64,000 bases of DNA from Haliotis rufescens (GCF_023055435.1 NW_025963957.1:2046001-2110000), one strand, 5' to 3'; numbered from the stretch's first letter, positions 1-11,566 are shown. A program made the numbers and translations. Notes: generated by a model from the letters alone, not told the origin.

Positions 1-77
1 CGAGGGGACAGCTTAATATGGAAGGGTAGCTCGAAGTGACGATGAAACGGGTGATGACTAGTATCATCTGTACCTAC

Positions 78-977
78 CCGGTGGAGTTCATCTTGTTGTG
101 GAGGTAGCATCCCTGCACCAGCAGCATGTACTCCATTGCGTCGGGGTCATTTTCCAGGGCACTGAACACACGGTCACTGGAACAACCACGTTAACATCAG
201 TGTCAGCCTTCTCATACACTATGGTGTATAGACAACAGTAGAACTTACAGTGTGAACACACGGTCACTGGAACAACGTATCTTTGCAATTTCCCAACATG
301 GCATCTTGAAATATTGAAATACGGGGATCTTACCCGACCCTTACAGATATGACAAGCGATGATATTTACAACTTGACTGTGCCGCCTGACTGCCTGGACT
401 AATTTAACAGCATAAATTAAAATACTAAAGCATATTTTGGAAATAGTATGAAGACAATTTGCCAAAACGAAGAGAAGAAAGAATTATGATATATGTATAC
501 ATATGCATTTTAATAAAAACAACAACACCAGACCATGTGTTTAAATAAAATACATACACAGGGTACTTGTAGGACTTGTCGAAGCACAGCTTTTCCTTGG
601 TAGGCCATTCGTACTGGGGGACGCCATTCCTGTCAAAGTAACAGATTGGCTGTTTGGTCTTGGCGGAGAGGGCGCTGAAGATGCTGGAACCGTCACGGAC
701 GCGGGCACCAAACAAGGACGACTTTCTGGATTTCAGAAGGCTAGCGAATCGGCTGGAGGTTGATCCTCCCAGAGAACGCCCTCCGACAGGGGGTCGATTC
801 CACGCCAAGGTGACGGCGGTGAGGGACATGAGAACGCATAATGTCACAAGAACTCTCTGGAAGAAATGAGAGACAGGGATTTTCATAAAATTAGAAAACC
901 TAGTTGTTAATTATTATTTTTTGTTTCGTTTTATGATTTGGAATATGTCAAAACTATTGATATACGATTACAGCTGA

Positions 978-1017
<40 letters not shown>

Positions 1018-1391
1018 GTTGCTGCTCCTACTACTACAACTACGAGCAGTACTGCTGCTATCACTCCTACTCATTCTGNNNNNNNNNNNNNNNNNNNNNN
1101 NNNNNNNNNNNNNNNNNNNNNNNNNNNNNNNNNNNNNNNNNNNNNNNNNNNNNNNNNNNNNNNNNNNNNNNNNNNNNNNNNNNNNNNNNNNNNNNNNNNN
1201 NNNNNNNNNNNTGACGTTTCTACTACAACCACTGCTACTTCCAATATTTTAGGCAACAGCTGCAAACGATGTTTACAATTCAACTACAAGATAATATTAG
1301 ATAGAATATCTGTTAAAATACTGAGACCTTAATAAACTGCTTTGCAAGACATTACAATCGTACACAGTTTGCAAAATATTCTACTTACCAT
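78..1391 (-). CDS. Gene B copy 1 (partial; exons 1-3 of 5, remainder lies left of the window): secreted Spaetzle-like cystine-knot protein
   Basis: Exons on - strand: 1389-1391 (ATG then GTAAGT), 558-856 (RVLVTLCVLMSLTAVTLA|WNRPP...KLCFDKSYKYPV), 78-176 (DRVFSALENDPDAMEYMLLVQGCYLHNKMNSTG). All introns GT-AG, frame preserved, near-identical to complete copies B2 and B3. Confidence 0.85.
1079..1211. other. Assembly gap (N run) in B1 intron 1, flanked by (CTA)n
   Basis: N run. Other gaps at 7986-8153 and 18132-18282 lie at equivalent positions of the two units. Confidence 0.99.
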
Positions 1392-1449
1392 ATTTACAAA
1401 CAAAGGACCAATCTATGTTAAAATAGTTACTGTAGCTGTGTACAGCGAT

Positions 1450-1685
1450 GGCTGACTTGCGGGGAGCTTAAGCTCGCTTTTATTCCCTCTCGATTCGGAA
1501 GGAGGAGCATATTTCAGCCAATCAAAAGTGGCGTTTTTGATTGAATGCCTTTGACGTCACGCGGCAACACTTCTTACTGAAAACAATGGCGGCAGTGGAT
1601 GACGTATCTACAACTGTCACGTGAAAAGAGGGCAGGGTACGAGTCGAGAGTATATAAGGAGACACTGGCCCAGTCTGAGCCAGCG
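1450..1685. promoter_or_regulatory. Bidirectional promoter between B1 (-) and A1 (+)
   Basis: - strand TATA-like AATAAAAG 1477-1484 with Inr-like TCAGCC ~31 nt downstream; AGCCAATCA 1516-1524; CRE palindrome TGACGTCA 1552-1559; YY1-like ATGGCGGC ~1586-1593; half-CRE TGACGTA 1600-1606; E-box GTCACGTG 1616-1623; + strand TATATAAG 1651-1658. Motifs are seen directly; function is inferred. Confidence 0.7.
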
Positions 1686-1728
1686 ACTGTGAACACCTCA
1701 AGAACTGAGCTTCACACATCATCCTACC

Positions 1729-3965
1729 ATGGGAAAGGTATATATCTATATCTGATTTATTTCTTAGTAACGGCTTATACCTTGAAACATATTTTAGACT
1801 CAACTTATTGCGAGCATCCATCTTTGTGTAAATTTGCTGGCGCCGAATATTGTCAGCTTTATTATATTCTTAATGTGTGAGACTGTTAAGGTAAAGATAT
1901 CATTTTATCATTTTAGAAACAAGTGGCGCTATCCCTTTTCACTGTATATATAAATATATAAATATATGATTATAAGAAGTACTCTTTGCGTTTCAGTTTA
2001 TATACAACATCGCGGCGTTAGTCGGCCTCGTCGCCATGACGACGGCCCTCCCCCCTCTCCCCACTCCCGCCTGCTATTCCCAGCAACTTCTGTCGGACCA
2101 GAGCTTTGACCTCAGCTTTGTCTGCAACGACGGAAGACAATATCCCGAGTAAGTACATTTAGCTAGTTAGGAAACAATGGACAGGGCAGGTTGTTTACTG
2201 TTTGCTGTACGAATTTTCACAAATATATAAAATCAAATTATATTTACGTAAAGTCGAACTGTCTGATATATTCACACATCATTACACATCATGTACCTTT
2301 AAGTCGAATCACCGACATGCGTTTATGTTATAAGAGTTTTTGCACCGTTAAGTCGAAATGTTTATATAACATGTACCTCTAAGTGGCATTACCGACATGC
2401 GTTGATGTACCGTTAAGTCGAACTGTCTGACATTTCACTTGGTCTCCAGACAGGAGATCGAGGAGGCTCTGTACTACGCCGACGACCACTGGCGTATCTA
2501 CCTCAACCTGACATCCACCTGCTTCCAGGACCAGGACACCTACTTCATGAACAAACAGTAAGTAGCGCATTACAACGACCAGATAACGTTTGAGATAAAA
2601 ACAAACTACTTATCATGAGCATGTGTTTATGAATCAATATTTAAAAAATGATGGTACGAGATGTTCGCGAAATATTGAGCTTATCCTGCCCTATCGGTGC
2701 CACCCCTCACAAACACATGCAAAGGCAACTCAGTTGTTCAAACCTGAGAGCATATGGTACAATATCGTTAATCCGGACACGTCGCTTCCAATGAAATCGT
2801 CCGGTTAATGTATGTCCGGAAGAACGATATATGAGTTGGAAGTAATGTGATTCTGGTTGTAAGAAGTCATTAACAAAACTTGAGCCCGGAAAACGGGCTT
2901 CCGAAATAACAGGTGTTCACTATCTACTTTCAATGACTACATCTTTTATCATGTGGCGTGAAATATTGAGCCTATTTAGAAAGGGAGCACATACAAATAT
3001 TGTAGAATAATGTTCATTCCTCTATTCAGAGAAATGCTTCATGTAAACAAAATAACGTTACAGTATATCTTTTTATGTATATTTGAGGCCATGACTGATA
3101 TCAGTGAATTGCTGCAATTTGTGAATAAAACCATTATTTACATATATTCGTGAAACGTTATTATTGACCTTGACCTTGCAGCTCTGAGCCCAACTACTAC
3201 AAGTTGAAGAGCGTGTGCAACACCACTCGTACCATGGTGCACACCATCTATGCCATGGACGGTCAAGTCTGCCACGTTGTCCGCCCTATGTCCCAGAAAG
3301 TCTTCTACGCCACATGCGGGTAGGTACACGGCTATGTTTTTTAGATCGTTCATATTTGTTACAAAATTCATACACTAAAGTATACAGACGCTACGACATT
3401 AAACAAATAATTGTCGGAGTAGTTTATATATTTTTAACTTTCCAAGGGAACTCAAAGGTAACAAAAAAACCTGCCTTTATTGTGCCCATGCATTATTTAT
3501 ATATAAATAAAATACTAATGTCAGAGGTTATTAACACGGCAATAATATCAAGCTACACGTCGACACTTTAAGACTTCTAAAAATTATTTTTTAACCTCTC
3601 CGCTACTACTTGCATTACTAAATATGTCCTATTTGTTTTACAGAGGAGAATGTAACCTTGGTTACGACGGCGTGACCGGCTACCACTGCATTCAACGCGG
3701 CATCACCTACCGCAACTTCCTCGGTTACTGCCGTCTCCCCGACTCCGCAACCTTCCCAGAATCTTCCCCCATCTACGCTCTTGACCCCTCCGTCGACAAC
3801 TTCTACGACCCCCGTGTTGCCCCACCCACCCACCGCATGCAGCACAACCTCCTCAAGAGCGGGGGCCACTACAAACCCAAGGGCTACTTCACGGAGTTGA
3901 GCGTTACCCTCCCAAGCTACTGCGGCTGCAGGGGATATTTCTGCCCCCACGACAGGATTCTTTAG
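1729..3965 (+). CDS. Gene A copy 1: secreted Spaetzle-like cystine-knot protein, 242 aa
   Basis: Exons 1729-1737, 1997-2148, 2450-2557, 3182-3319, 3644-3965 (729 nt, GT-AG, phases 0,2,2,2). Protein: MGKFIYNIAALVGLVAMTTA|LPPLPTPACYSQQLLSDQSFDLSFVCNDGRQYPEQEIEEALYYADDHWRIYLNLTSTCFQDQDTYFMNKHSEPNYYKLKSVCNTTRTMVHTIYAMDGQVCHVVRPMSQKVFYATCGGECNLGYDGVTGYHCIQRGITYRNFLGYC...LSVTLPSYCGCRGYFCPHDRIL*. Hydrophobic signal peptide, CGGxC and CxC knot motifs, AATAAA at 4391-4396. Gene model is strong; the family label comes from motif recognition only. Confidence 0.88.
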
Positions 3966-5940
3966 ATGATGGCTACGTTCATTAAGGGCCTAATACAATA
4001 TGAACAGGGACCAATCCAAAACATTTTTTTCTACAAGCATTTCATTTAAGTAAGTTAAGACCATTTTGAAAATAACCAAAACGCCTTTTGAATTTTAAAA
4101 CTCTTTCAAGTAAAGCGGAATTGCAGGGGTCCTTTGCATACAGGTGATCCTTTTTCAAATCATGCTTCTGTCATTCTAATATTCATATTTTCCGCACTTT
4201 TATACCACAATGTAATCTCGGTCTGAAGTTAGCAAATATGTTAATTGTAAATATTTTGCGAATTCCATGTAAATATGTACTATAGGATGTTGTGAATATG
4301 TATTTATATGTTCCATCTTTGTACAGTATAAACTGACATCATCATTGCTTGTGCGCGCATGTATAATATGTACAGATATTAATATGTGAAAATAAAAGCA
4401 ACATGAAAATATGAATTGTTTCTGTTTTGATGATAATTACTTATTTTGGCCAATGAAAACAGAGCAATTATAGATGGTGACTCGCATTGTTCATATGCAA
4501 ATCTACAACTGAAATACACCAATGATCATATAATAGGTCCAATATAATAGTGCTTTGAGATTTACATGTTTCTTGTTTTCGTTCTGAAACATATGTGCTC
4601 GTGAACAATCAAACCTGTGGTCGACAGTGTGAAAACCTCTTCACATCGCTTGTCTACAAGGTCATGACTAAACCAAGACCATCCCTTGCTGGACACCGTG
4701 TCCATCCAGTTCACACTTTACTGAGTGAACGCCGCTTTGAACATTATTTCAGTCATAAGACAACGCATCAGCTTGATATTGCAGCCCCAAAGTAGCAGGT
4801 AAATGACTTTTACCACTTTAAGGAAACCATCGTCGAACCAACGACCAGAGGCAACAAAGTGGCGAAACCGATCGAAGTGGGATTGGAACAGGATATTTCC
4901 ATGTACATATATACACTTTGGCAATACAAGGGATATTACCACTGTTTTAATATTTGTTACAAGAGCTTCTGACATAGTCTTCAAAGAAGACAGTACGGCG
5001 GTGATCAAAACGTCATAAATGTCATTCGTGTCGAGAATGTGCCGGTAAATGCTTCTATAAAAATACAGCCATTTTTTAATAAATATATGTTGATTGAGAC
5101 GACTATAATGACTCATCTTGACGGAAGTAAAGGCATCACCTCAAAACAGCTCATATATTATGTGATCTAAAACGGTAACCTATAGTTTGGGGGACATTTT
5201 GTACGGATTAGAGAGACACACACAATGATCCAAAACAAACCGAAATATCTGCCCCAGGTGATAAACTCTCACATTGACTGATATGAATACCGTCATCAAT
5301 TATAACACATAGAAAATGATAATTTTCTGACATGTTTGACATTTTTAGGTTGTTTGATTAATCAGATGTATATATTACATCGTTGTCACGTTTTCAGGAT
5401 CCACAGACAGTGCCCCACATTGGATGTCGTCATATATGGAGCGGTACAGTACACAAAGGTAGGGAACAATGAATCGCAGGGAACAATAGATGCCAAACGT
5501 GTCAGATGAGAACTGGTAGGCAAAAACCAATCTGAAATAGTATTTGATGTATAATTATTGGCACACTCACATTTCATTCAAGATGAAAACACTTTTCTTT
5601 TTGTTTGGGGAGGCAATGTATTCAATGGTCATTGCTCGAAGATGTTCTGAAATTGTCATTGATGATGGCTATGTTTTAGCTGTATGGGATATTTTGTGGC
5701 GGAAACTAACGAAGATATTGTTATTGAATGTTCAATGTTCAATGTGATTTTGCCAATGATGATGAGTATTATTCACAGTTATATTACCATTGTTGAAGTC
5801 CATTGTTGGAGGTGTCCTGATACTATCTGCGATGATGGGTCTGTTTAAACTGTGTCGTGTATTTTGGGGCGGAACTAACAATGCTCGACTCGATGCCCAT
5901 CGCCTGCTGTTCATGTTCAATGTTACTAATAGCAAAAATG

Positions 5941-6207
5941 TTTTGTTTGTTTGTTGTTTATCGCCGCACTCAGCATCATTCCAGCTATATGACGGCGGTC
6001 TGTAAATAATCGAGTCTGGACAAGACAATCCAGTGATTAATTTCATGAGCATCGATCCACGCAATTGGGATCGATGACATGCATCAACCAAGACAGCGAG
6101 CCTGACCACCCGATCCCGTTAGTCGCCTTTTACGACAAGCATAGTCACCTTTTTACGGCAAGCATGGGTTGCTGTAGACTTATTCTGCCCAGGAATCTTC
6201 ACGGGTC
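5941..6207 (-). mobile_element. SINE-like element, family 1 (no tRNA head; begins CCCGTGAAGATC, ends ...GCGGCGTTAAA(CAAA)n)
   Basis: Absent at the equivalent site of unit 2 (~16383). Related copies at 9073-9336(-), 24573-24805(+), 27930-28217(-), 34128-34330(-), 37780-38040(+), 50876-51130(+), 53998-54220(+). Confidence 0.8.
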
Positions 6208-6592
6208 AGGAAAAATTGACATTGAGACATTGTCTTCGTGTAATTAGAGTAAGTATGTTTAACTGGACTGAACATTTTCAGATGGGTATTGCTAGAATGC
6301 CATTTCGCCCAGGCATATACTCCAGGTTACGTTGAGCGCACTATCGATATATCGCTATACACTGTGATATCCTATAGGAATTGACAGTCAAGCATATTTA
6401 CAAACACATTCGTGTGCTTTGAAATGAACTGTGTCATTATATGTTCTCCAATGTCAACTAATTCACGATGTTTACATCATATTACCACACTCTTTGAAAT
6501 GTTAAACGTTTTGGATTTGGGGGACTTAAAGTGTGTTTTTTCGGTGCAAGGTTGTAAGGTGTATTATGTACAATATCGATGTTATTGGAGAA

Positions 6593-6868
6593 CGGGGGCA
6601 TGGGTGGCCCAGTCGTCTAAGGCGATTCGCTGTGCAGAGTTGCGTCCCTTAGGCACGCCAGAAACCTATGATTGTGGGTTCGAATCCCGGTTCGGCCCGA
6701 TTATGATTCTAGGTTTGTCAGCACCATACCCGTGCTCGTGGGTTTCACCGAAGTGGTAAACGTCTGAGACCTGCATCACTTCGCGCTTTCCTCCCACATT
6801 AATCTGACACGCTATGATATAACTGTAATACTGTTAAAAGCGGTGTTAAACCAGACTTACTCACTCAC
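6593..6868 (+). mobile_element. tRNA-derived SINE, family 4 (Leu-like head; V-domain-like core as in molluscan RUDI-type SINEs)
   Basis: A-box-like GTGGCCCAGTCGTCTAAGGCG, B-box GGTTCGAATCCC, core GTGGGTTTC...TTTCCTCCCACA, tail GCGGTGTTAAA plus CACT repeats. Unit-2 copy at 16764-17037. Family name is from recall, not a search. Confidence 0.75.
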
Positions 6869-7239
6869 CATTGGAGAACGACAACCTTATACACACAGGC
6901 TACCAGGGATTACCTCTTTGTGTCATCGAATAACCATAGTATTGTCCAGGTATTATGTCAGGATCATTCTTTAAATGTATGTTTTCAGTCAGTTAAATCA
7001 AAACGAGTGAATGGCGTTAACACCACTGCGTGAAGATCAGGGTTAGATGTGGTCTTCCGGGGCCCATGCTTGTCGTAAGAGTTACAGGATCAGATCAGGC
7101 TAGTTGACTTGATTGATGCATGTCATTTATCCCATTTGCGTTAATCGATGTTCATGATCTATACTCCATACAACACATGGACAAACAAACAGTTTTGGAG
7201 GAGAGCCCAAGTGACGCAGGTCTGGACGTGAACCATCAT

Positions 7240-7496
7240 GAGGTGAGGTGAGGTGAAATGGGGTTTAACGTCGCGTCCAAGATTATTGCACTTATATAGC
7301 GACGTGCATGCACTTGTGTGTGTGTGGCTGCTTGTACTAGTTCGGACTGATGCCGATTTATAGTGCTAGCACACTGAGATACCATGCCGCAGTTTAACAT
7401 GGATACCCCACTCAGACACAGTATACTGACTCCGAGCCGACCAGTCCTTGTTTTAGCCCCTTAATGCCGAGCGCCAGACAGGGTAACAACAAGTAC
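7240..7496 (-). mobile_element. 5'-truncated family 2 SINE, unit 1 only
   Basis: Matches the 3' part of 21994-22353. Unit 2 has different sequence at this position (~17433-17628). Confidence 0.75.
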
Positions 7497-7656
7497 TGAT
7501 GATGGAGCAATGCACCTACGTTACTAACGCCTTGCAAACAGAGATGTCATTGGCACAAGCAGCTCTCACTGATAAAGAGATATAGCACAAGAAACAGAAG
7601 AATGTTGTGTTGTTTTTAGCTGGTTAAACCATGAAGTTATAATGTGAGGTGATATA

Positions 7657-7930
7657 AGTGAGTGAGTGAGTTGGGTTTAACGCCGCTTTTAACAGTATTT
7701 CAGTTATATCGCGGCGTGTCAGCTTAATGTGGGAGGAAAGCCCAAAATGATGCAGGTCTCAGACGTTTACCACTTCGGTGAAACCCACGAGCACGGGTAT
7801 GGTGCTGACAAACCTAGACACATCATTGGGGCGAACCGGGATTCGAACCCACAATCATAGGTTTCTGGCGTGCCCAAGGGACGCAACTCTGCACAGAGAA
7901 TCGCGGCGCCTTAGACGACTGGGCCACCCG
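7657..7930 (-). mobile_element. Family 4 SINE, inverted relative to 6593-6868
   Basis: Reverse complement of the 6593-6868 element. Unit-2 copy at 17797-18075. Confidence 0.78.
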
Positions 7931-8783
7931 TTGAGGTGATATAAGGTGAAATTGGGTTAGACTTTGCATTCAAGATTATTGCACTNNNNNNNNNNNNNNN
8001 NNNNNNNNNNNNNNNNNNNNNNNNNNNNNNNNNNNNNNNNNNNNNNNNNNNNNNNNNNNNNNNNNNNNNNNNNNNNNNNNNNNNNNNNNNNNNNNNNNNN
8101 NNNNNNNNNNNNNNNNNNNNNNNNNNNNNNNNNNNNNNNNNNNNNNNNNNNNNTGTTTGTGCCCCGATCGCTATCATGTGTCGTTTCTTTCGCAAGTAAT
8201 GATCCAACAAACTCGCGTCAGGGTGACATCGAAGGTGAAAGGCAAACAACAAGTGTTTTTTCAGTTTGTTTTATTATGCAGAAATCATTCTTTGGAAAAT
8301 CATAAAAGAACGCATACACGTATTATTCAGTGAGATTTTGTTTTTCACTGTGTTGGCACCAGAAAATGGTAACAGGTATTGCGAACTCCACAATTAAATG
8401 TACACGTTATATACAATATAAACAAACTATTTACATGTGCGCGCATGATATATTTACAAATGAAAATAGAAAATGGTAAAACAGATATTCTCTCACATTC
8501 TTCACAATCATAATCATTAAAAGTATTTTTGCAAGGTCGAAATATGCATTTCATATAAAAAAGTTATTTTCGAAGGTCAGAATAATTGTACATGTTATAT
8601 GCAAAAAAAAACAGTCAAAAAATAATTGATACAAATAAAATAAACCAAATCGACATTTTCCGGCCTGTTCAACTATGTTCGTAACATTTACGTATGCGTA
8701 AATGTTGTATTTGGCATGATGTTGAGTCCGACTATTACACATGCGTAAAAGTACGACTTCGCAGAAGGAGTGTAAACCATGGT

Positions 8784-11088
8784 TTACACAAACTGATACT
8801 TGAGACATTCGTATTTCTTACAGCTGCATCCGGTGGGGATGGTGACGCGGGTTCTGCGGCACTGCTTGATCTCGCCGGGACAGAAGACGTAGATATCACG
8901 TTCAACCATGCCGTCGGGGACGCAGTAGTGGTGTTTCACCTCCGTGGTGTCCATGACGCAGTGACCTCTAGAGAAAAGAAAAGGGATAACAAAATATGAT
9001 AAAATAATACTTTCAACGGAGAACTTTGCTTGTCTCGAACAGCTCCAATAACAAGCCTCAAATGTCTTCTAATGGTTTGATTTGTTGTTTTACGCCGCAC
9101 TCAGCAATATTCCAGCTATATGACGGCGGTCTGTATATAAATCGAGACTGGACCAGACAATCCAGTGATTTACAGCATGAGCATCGATACACGCAATCTG
9201 GGTCGATGACATGCATCAACCAAGTCAGCGAGCCCGACCACCCGATCCCGTTAGTTGCCTTTTACGACAAGCTCAGTCACCTTTTACGACAAGCATGGGT
9301 TGCTGAAGACCTATTCTACCCCGGATCTTCACGGGTTTGTATTCTAATAGCGTCGCAAAAACTATAAAGGCCATTTTGACATTCTGAAAAGTGTGTTATA
9401 GAATCAAACCCAAACAATGTAAAGATGTATAGCGCCTATATTGTTTAAGATCTGTTTTTCATTGAACTTTTGTTTTAAATATTCTAAAAAGAATCCCGAC
9501 CACTCTGAATTTGAAGGAAAACATTTATTACAAATACTGGTATATGAAAGCTGGATATGTTTGGTCAAGTTGACGAATGTGTGACGTACCCGCATTGAGC
9601 GACTTCAACTCCCTGGGCTTCAGGCATGATGACGTAGCAGACCTCTCGGCGCCCGTTCGCGGTGTTGGTCCACCAGATTCTCTCCAGGAGCTCGGTATTC
9701 TCGGAACACAGATCCTTGTATCGGTAGGCGGGGTAGTGGCTGGAATATACCACAAACATGGTTCAAACAGCTGCAGCATTATCATAATAGTATTGCGTTC
9801 TTGAATAAATAGCTGTGTGGATGGAGTTTGACGACGTGCTTCGGCAAAAGTCGACCCATATCACGGCGGTTTCTCGGAGTCCGCGGACGTTTAATCACTG
9901 GGCCACTCTATCGCCCTTTATACAAATGAATCAGATGGAACATGACAGATGACATCACAAATTCTGATTTCTCACCATTTAAAGTGATAATCATACGTCA
10001 TACCATAGTGAACAGGGCAGGAGACTTTATAACGAAGGTACTTTAGATGGATTTATGTAACAATGACCACCTTTGGTGAGTGAGTGTGTAAGTTTGGTTT
10101 AACGCCGCTTTGAACAGTATTTCAGATAAATTGCGAGGGGACAGCTTAATATGGGAGGGTAGCTCGAAGTGACGATGAAAGCTCCGATCACGGGTGATAA
10201 CTAGTAGCTAGGGTGGATCATCTGTACCTACCCGGTGGAGTTCATCTTGTTGTGGAGGTAGCATCCCTGCACCAGCAGCATGTACTCCATTGCGTCGGGG
10301 TCCTGTTCCAGGGCGCTGAACACACGGTCACTGGAACAACCAATAAAGCTCTTTGCAATTTCACCACATGGCATCTTAAACACGGGGGACCTAATGGACC
10401 CTTACAGATGTGACAAGCGATGGCATTTAAAACTTGGCTATGCTGTGTGACTGCCGGAACTAACTTTAGAGCATAAATGAAAATACTAAAGTATATTTTG
10501 GAAATAAGTATGACGAAAATTTGCCAAAACGACCAGAGCGTGTCTTTGAAAAGACTACATACACAGGGTATTTGTAGGACTTGTCGAAGCACAGCTTTTC
10601 CTTGGTAGGCCATTCGTACTGGGGGACGCCATTCTTGTCAAAATAGCAGATTGGCTGTTTGGTCTTGGCGGAGAGGGCGCTGAAGATGCTGGAACCGTCA
10701 CGGACGCGGGCACCAAACAAGGAAGACTTTCTGGATTTCAGAAGGCTAGCGAATCGGCTGGAGGTTGAGCCTCCCAAAGAACGCCCTCCGACAGGGGGTC
10801 GATTCCACGCCAAGGTGACGGCGGTGAGGGACATGAGAACGCATAATGTCACAAGAACTCTCTGGAAGAAATGAGAGACAGGGATTTTCATGAAATTGGT
10901 AAAACTGTATGTTAATTCTTATTTTTGTTTTATTTTAGGATTTGGAATATGTCAAAACTATTGCCGCTACTGCTGTTGACACACAACGTCGGGCTTTCCT
11001 CCCACATTAAGCTGACACGCCGTGGTATAACTTGAATACTGTTAAAAGCGGCGTTGAACCCAACTCACTCACTCACTCACTACTACTT

Positions 11089-11142
<54 letters not shown>

Positions 11143-11494
11143 GAAAAGCCATATTCACTCACTTTCTACTACCATACCATACTTCCTGCTCCTGCTACTA
11201 ATACTACAAATACTACGACTCGTATTATTAACTCTTTTCTCTCATATTTTAAAACCCCTAATTAATGATGTTGAATATTTTCATGCAAATTCAACAAGAA
11301 AGTATTTAATAACAATTCAGCATTTCAACCACTAATACGCAGTCAAGAACATATACTGCTTCTACTACTACTGCTACTTCTACCACTTCAACCAATATTT
11401 TTTTCACAACTGTAAAATAATGTTAAAAATGAACTCATTTAAATACTCAGCAAAAAACTGCCTTTAAAGACATCAGCATCGTACATACTTACAT

Positions 11495-11566
<72 letters not shown>

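Noticed and set aside
88-465. Cys-rich ORFs ending ...TQWSTCCWCRDATSTTR (also 10242-10613, 20121-20561)
   Set aside because: Wrong-frame read of B exon 3 plus intron; the splice-consistent frame gives DRVFSALE...QGCYLH.
425-886. ORF-track proteins MKIPVSHFFQ... (also 10466-10891, 20435-20860) as complete single-exon genes
   Set aside because: Only 558-856 is exon. The N-terminal 10 codons are the polypyrimidine tract and acceptor, and the C-terminus reads into intron 2 and differs between copies.
938-1283. Poly-Leu and X-containing ORFs (also 7911-8305, 11032-11265, 18110-18475)
   Set aside because: Produced by (CTA)n microsatellites and N gaps.
1729-3965. Assigning a gene symbol (spz, IL17, NGF, bursicon, GPA2/GPB5) to A or B
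   Set aside because: The knot signature is clear but orthology cannot be established by eye. Cys spacing and the long prodomain do not fit bursicon, GPA2/GPB5 or IL-17 well, so Spaetzle-like is kept as a resemblance only.
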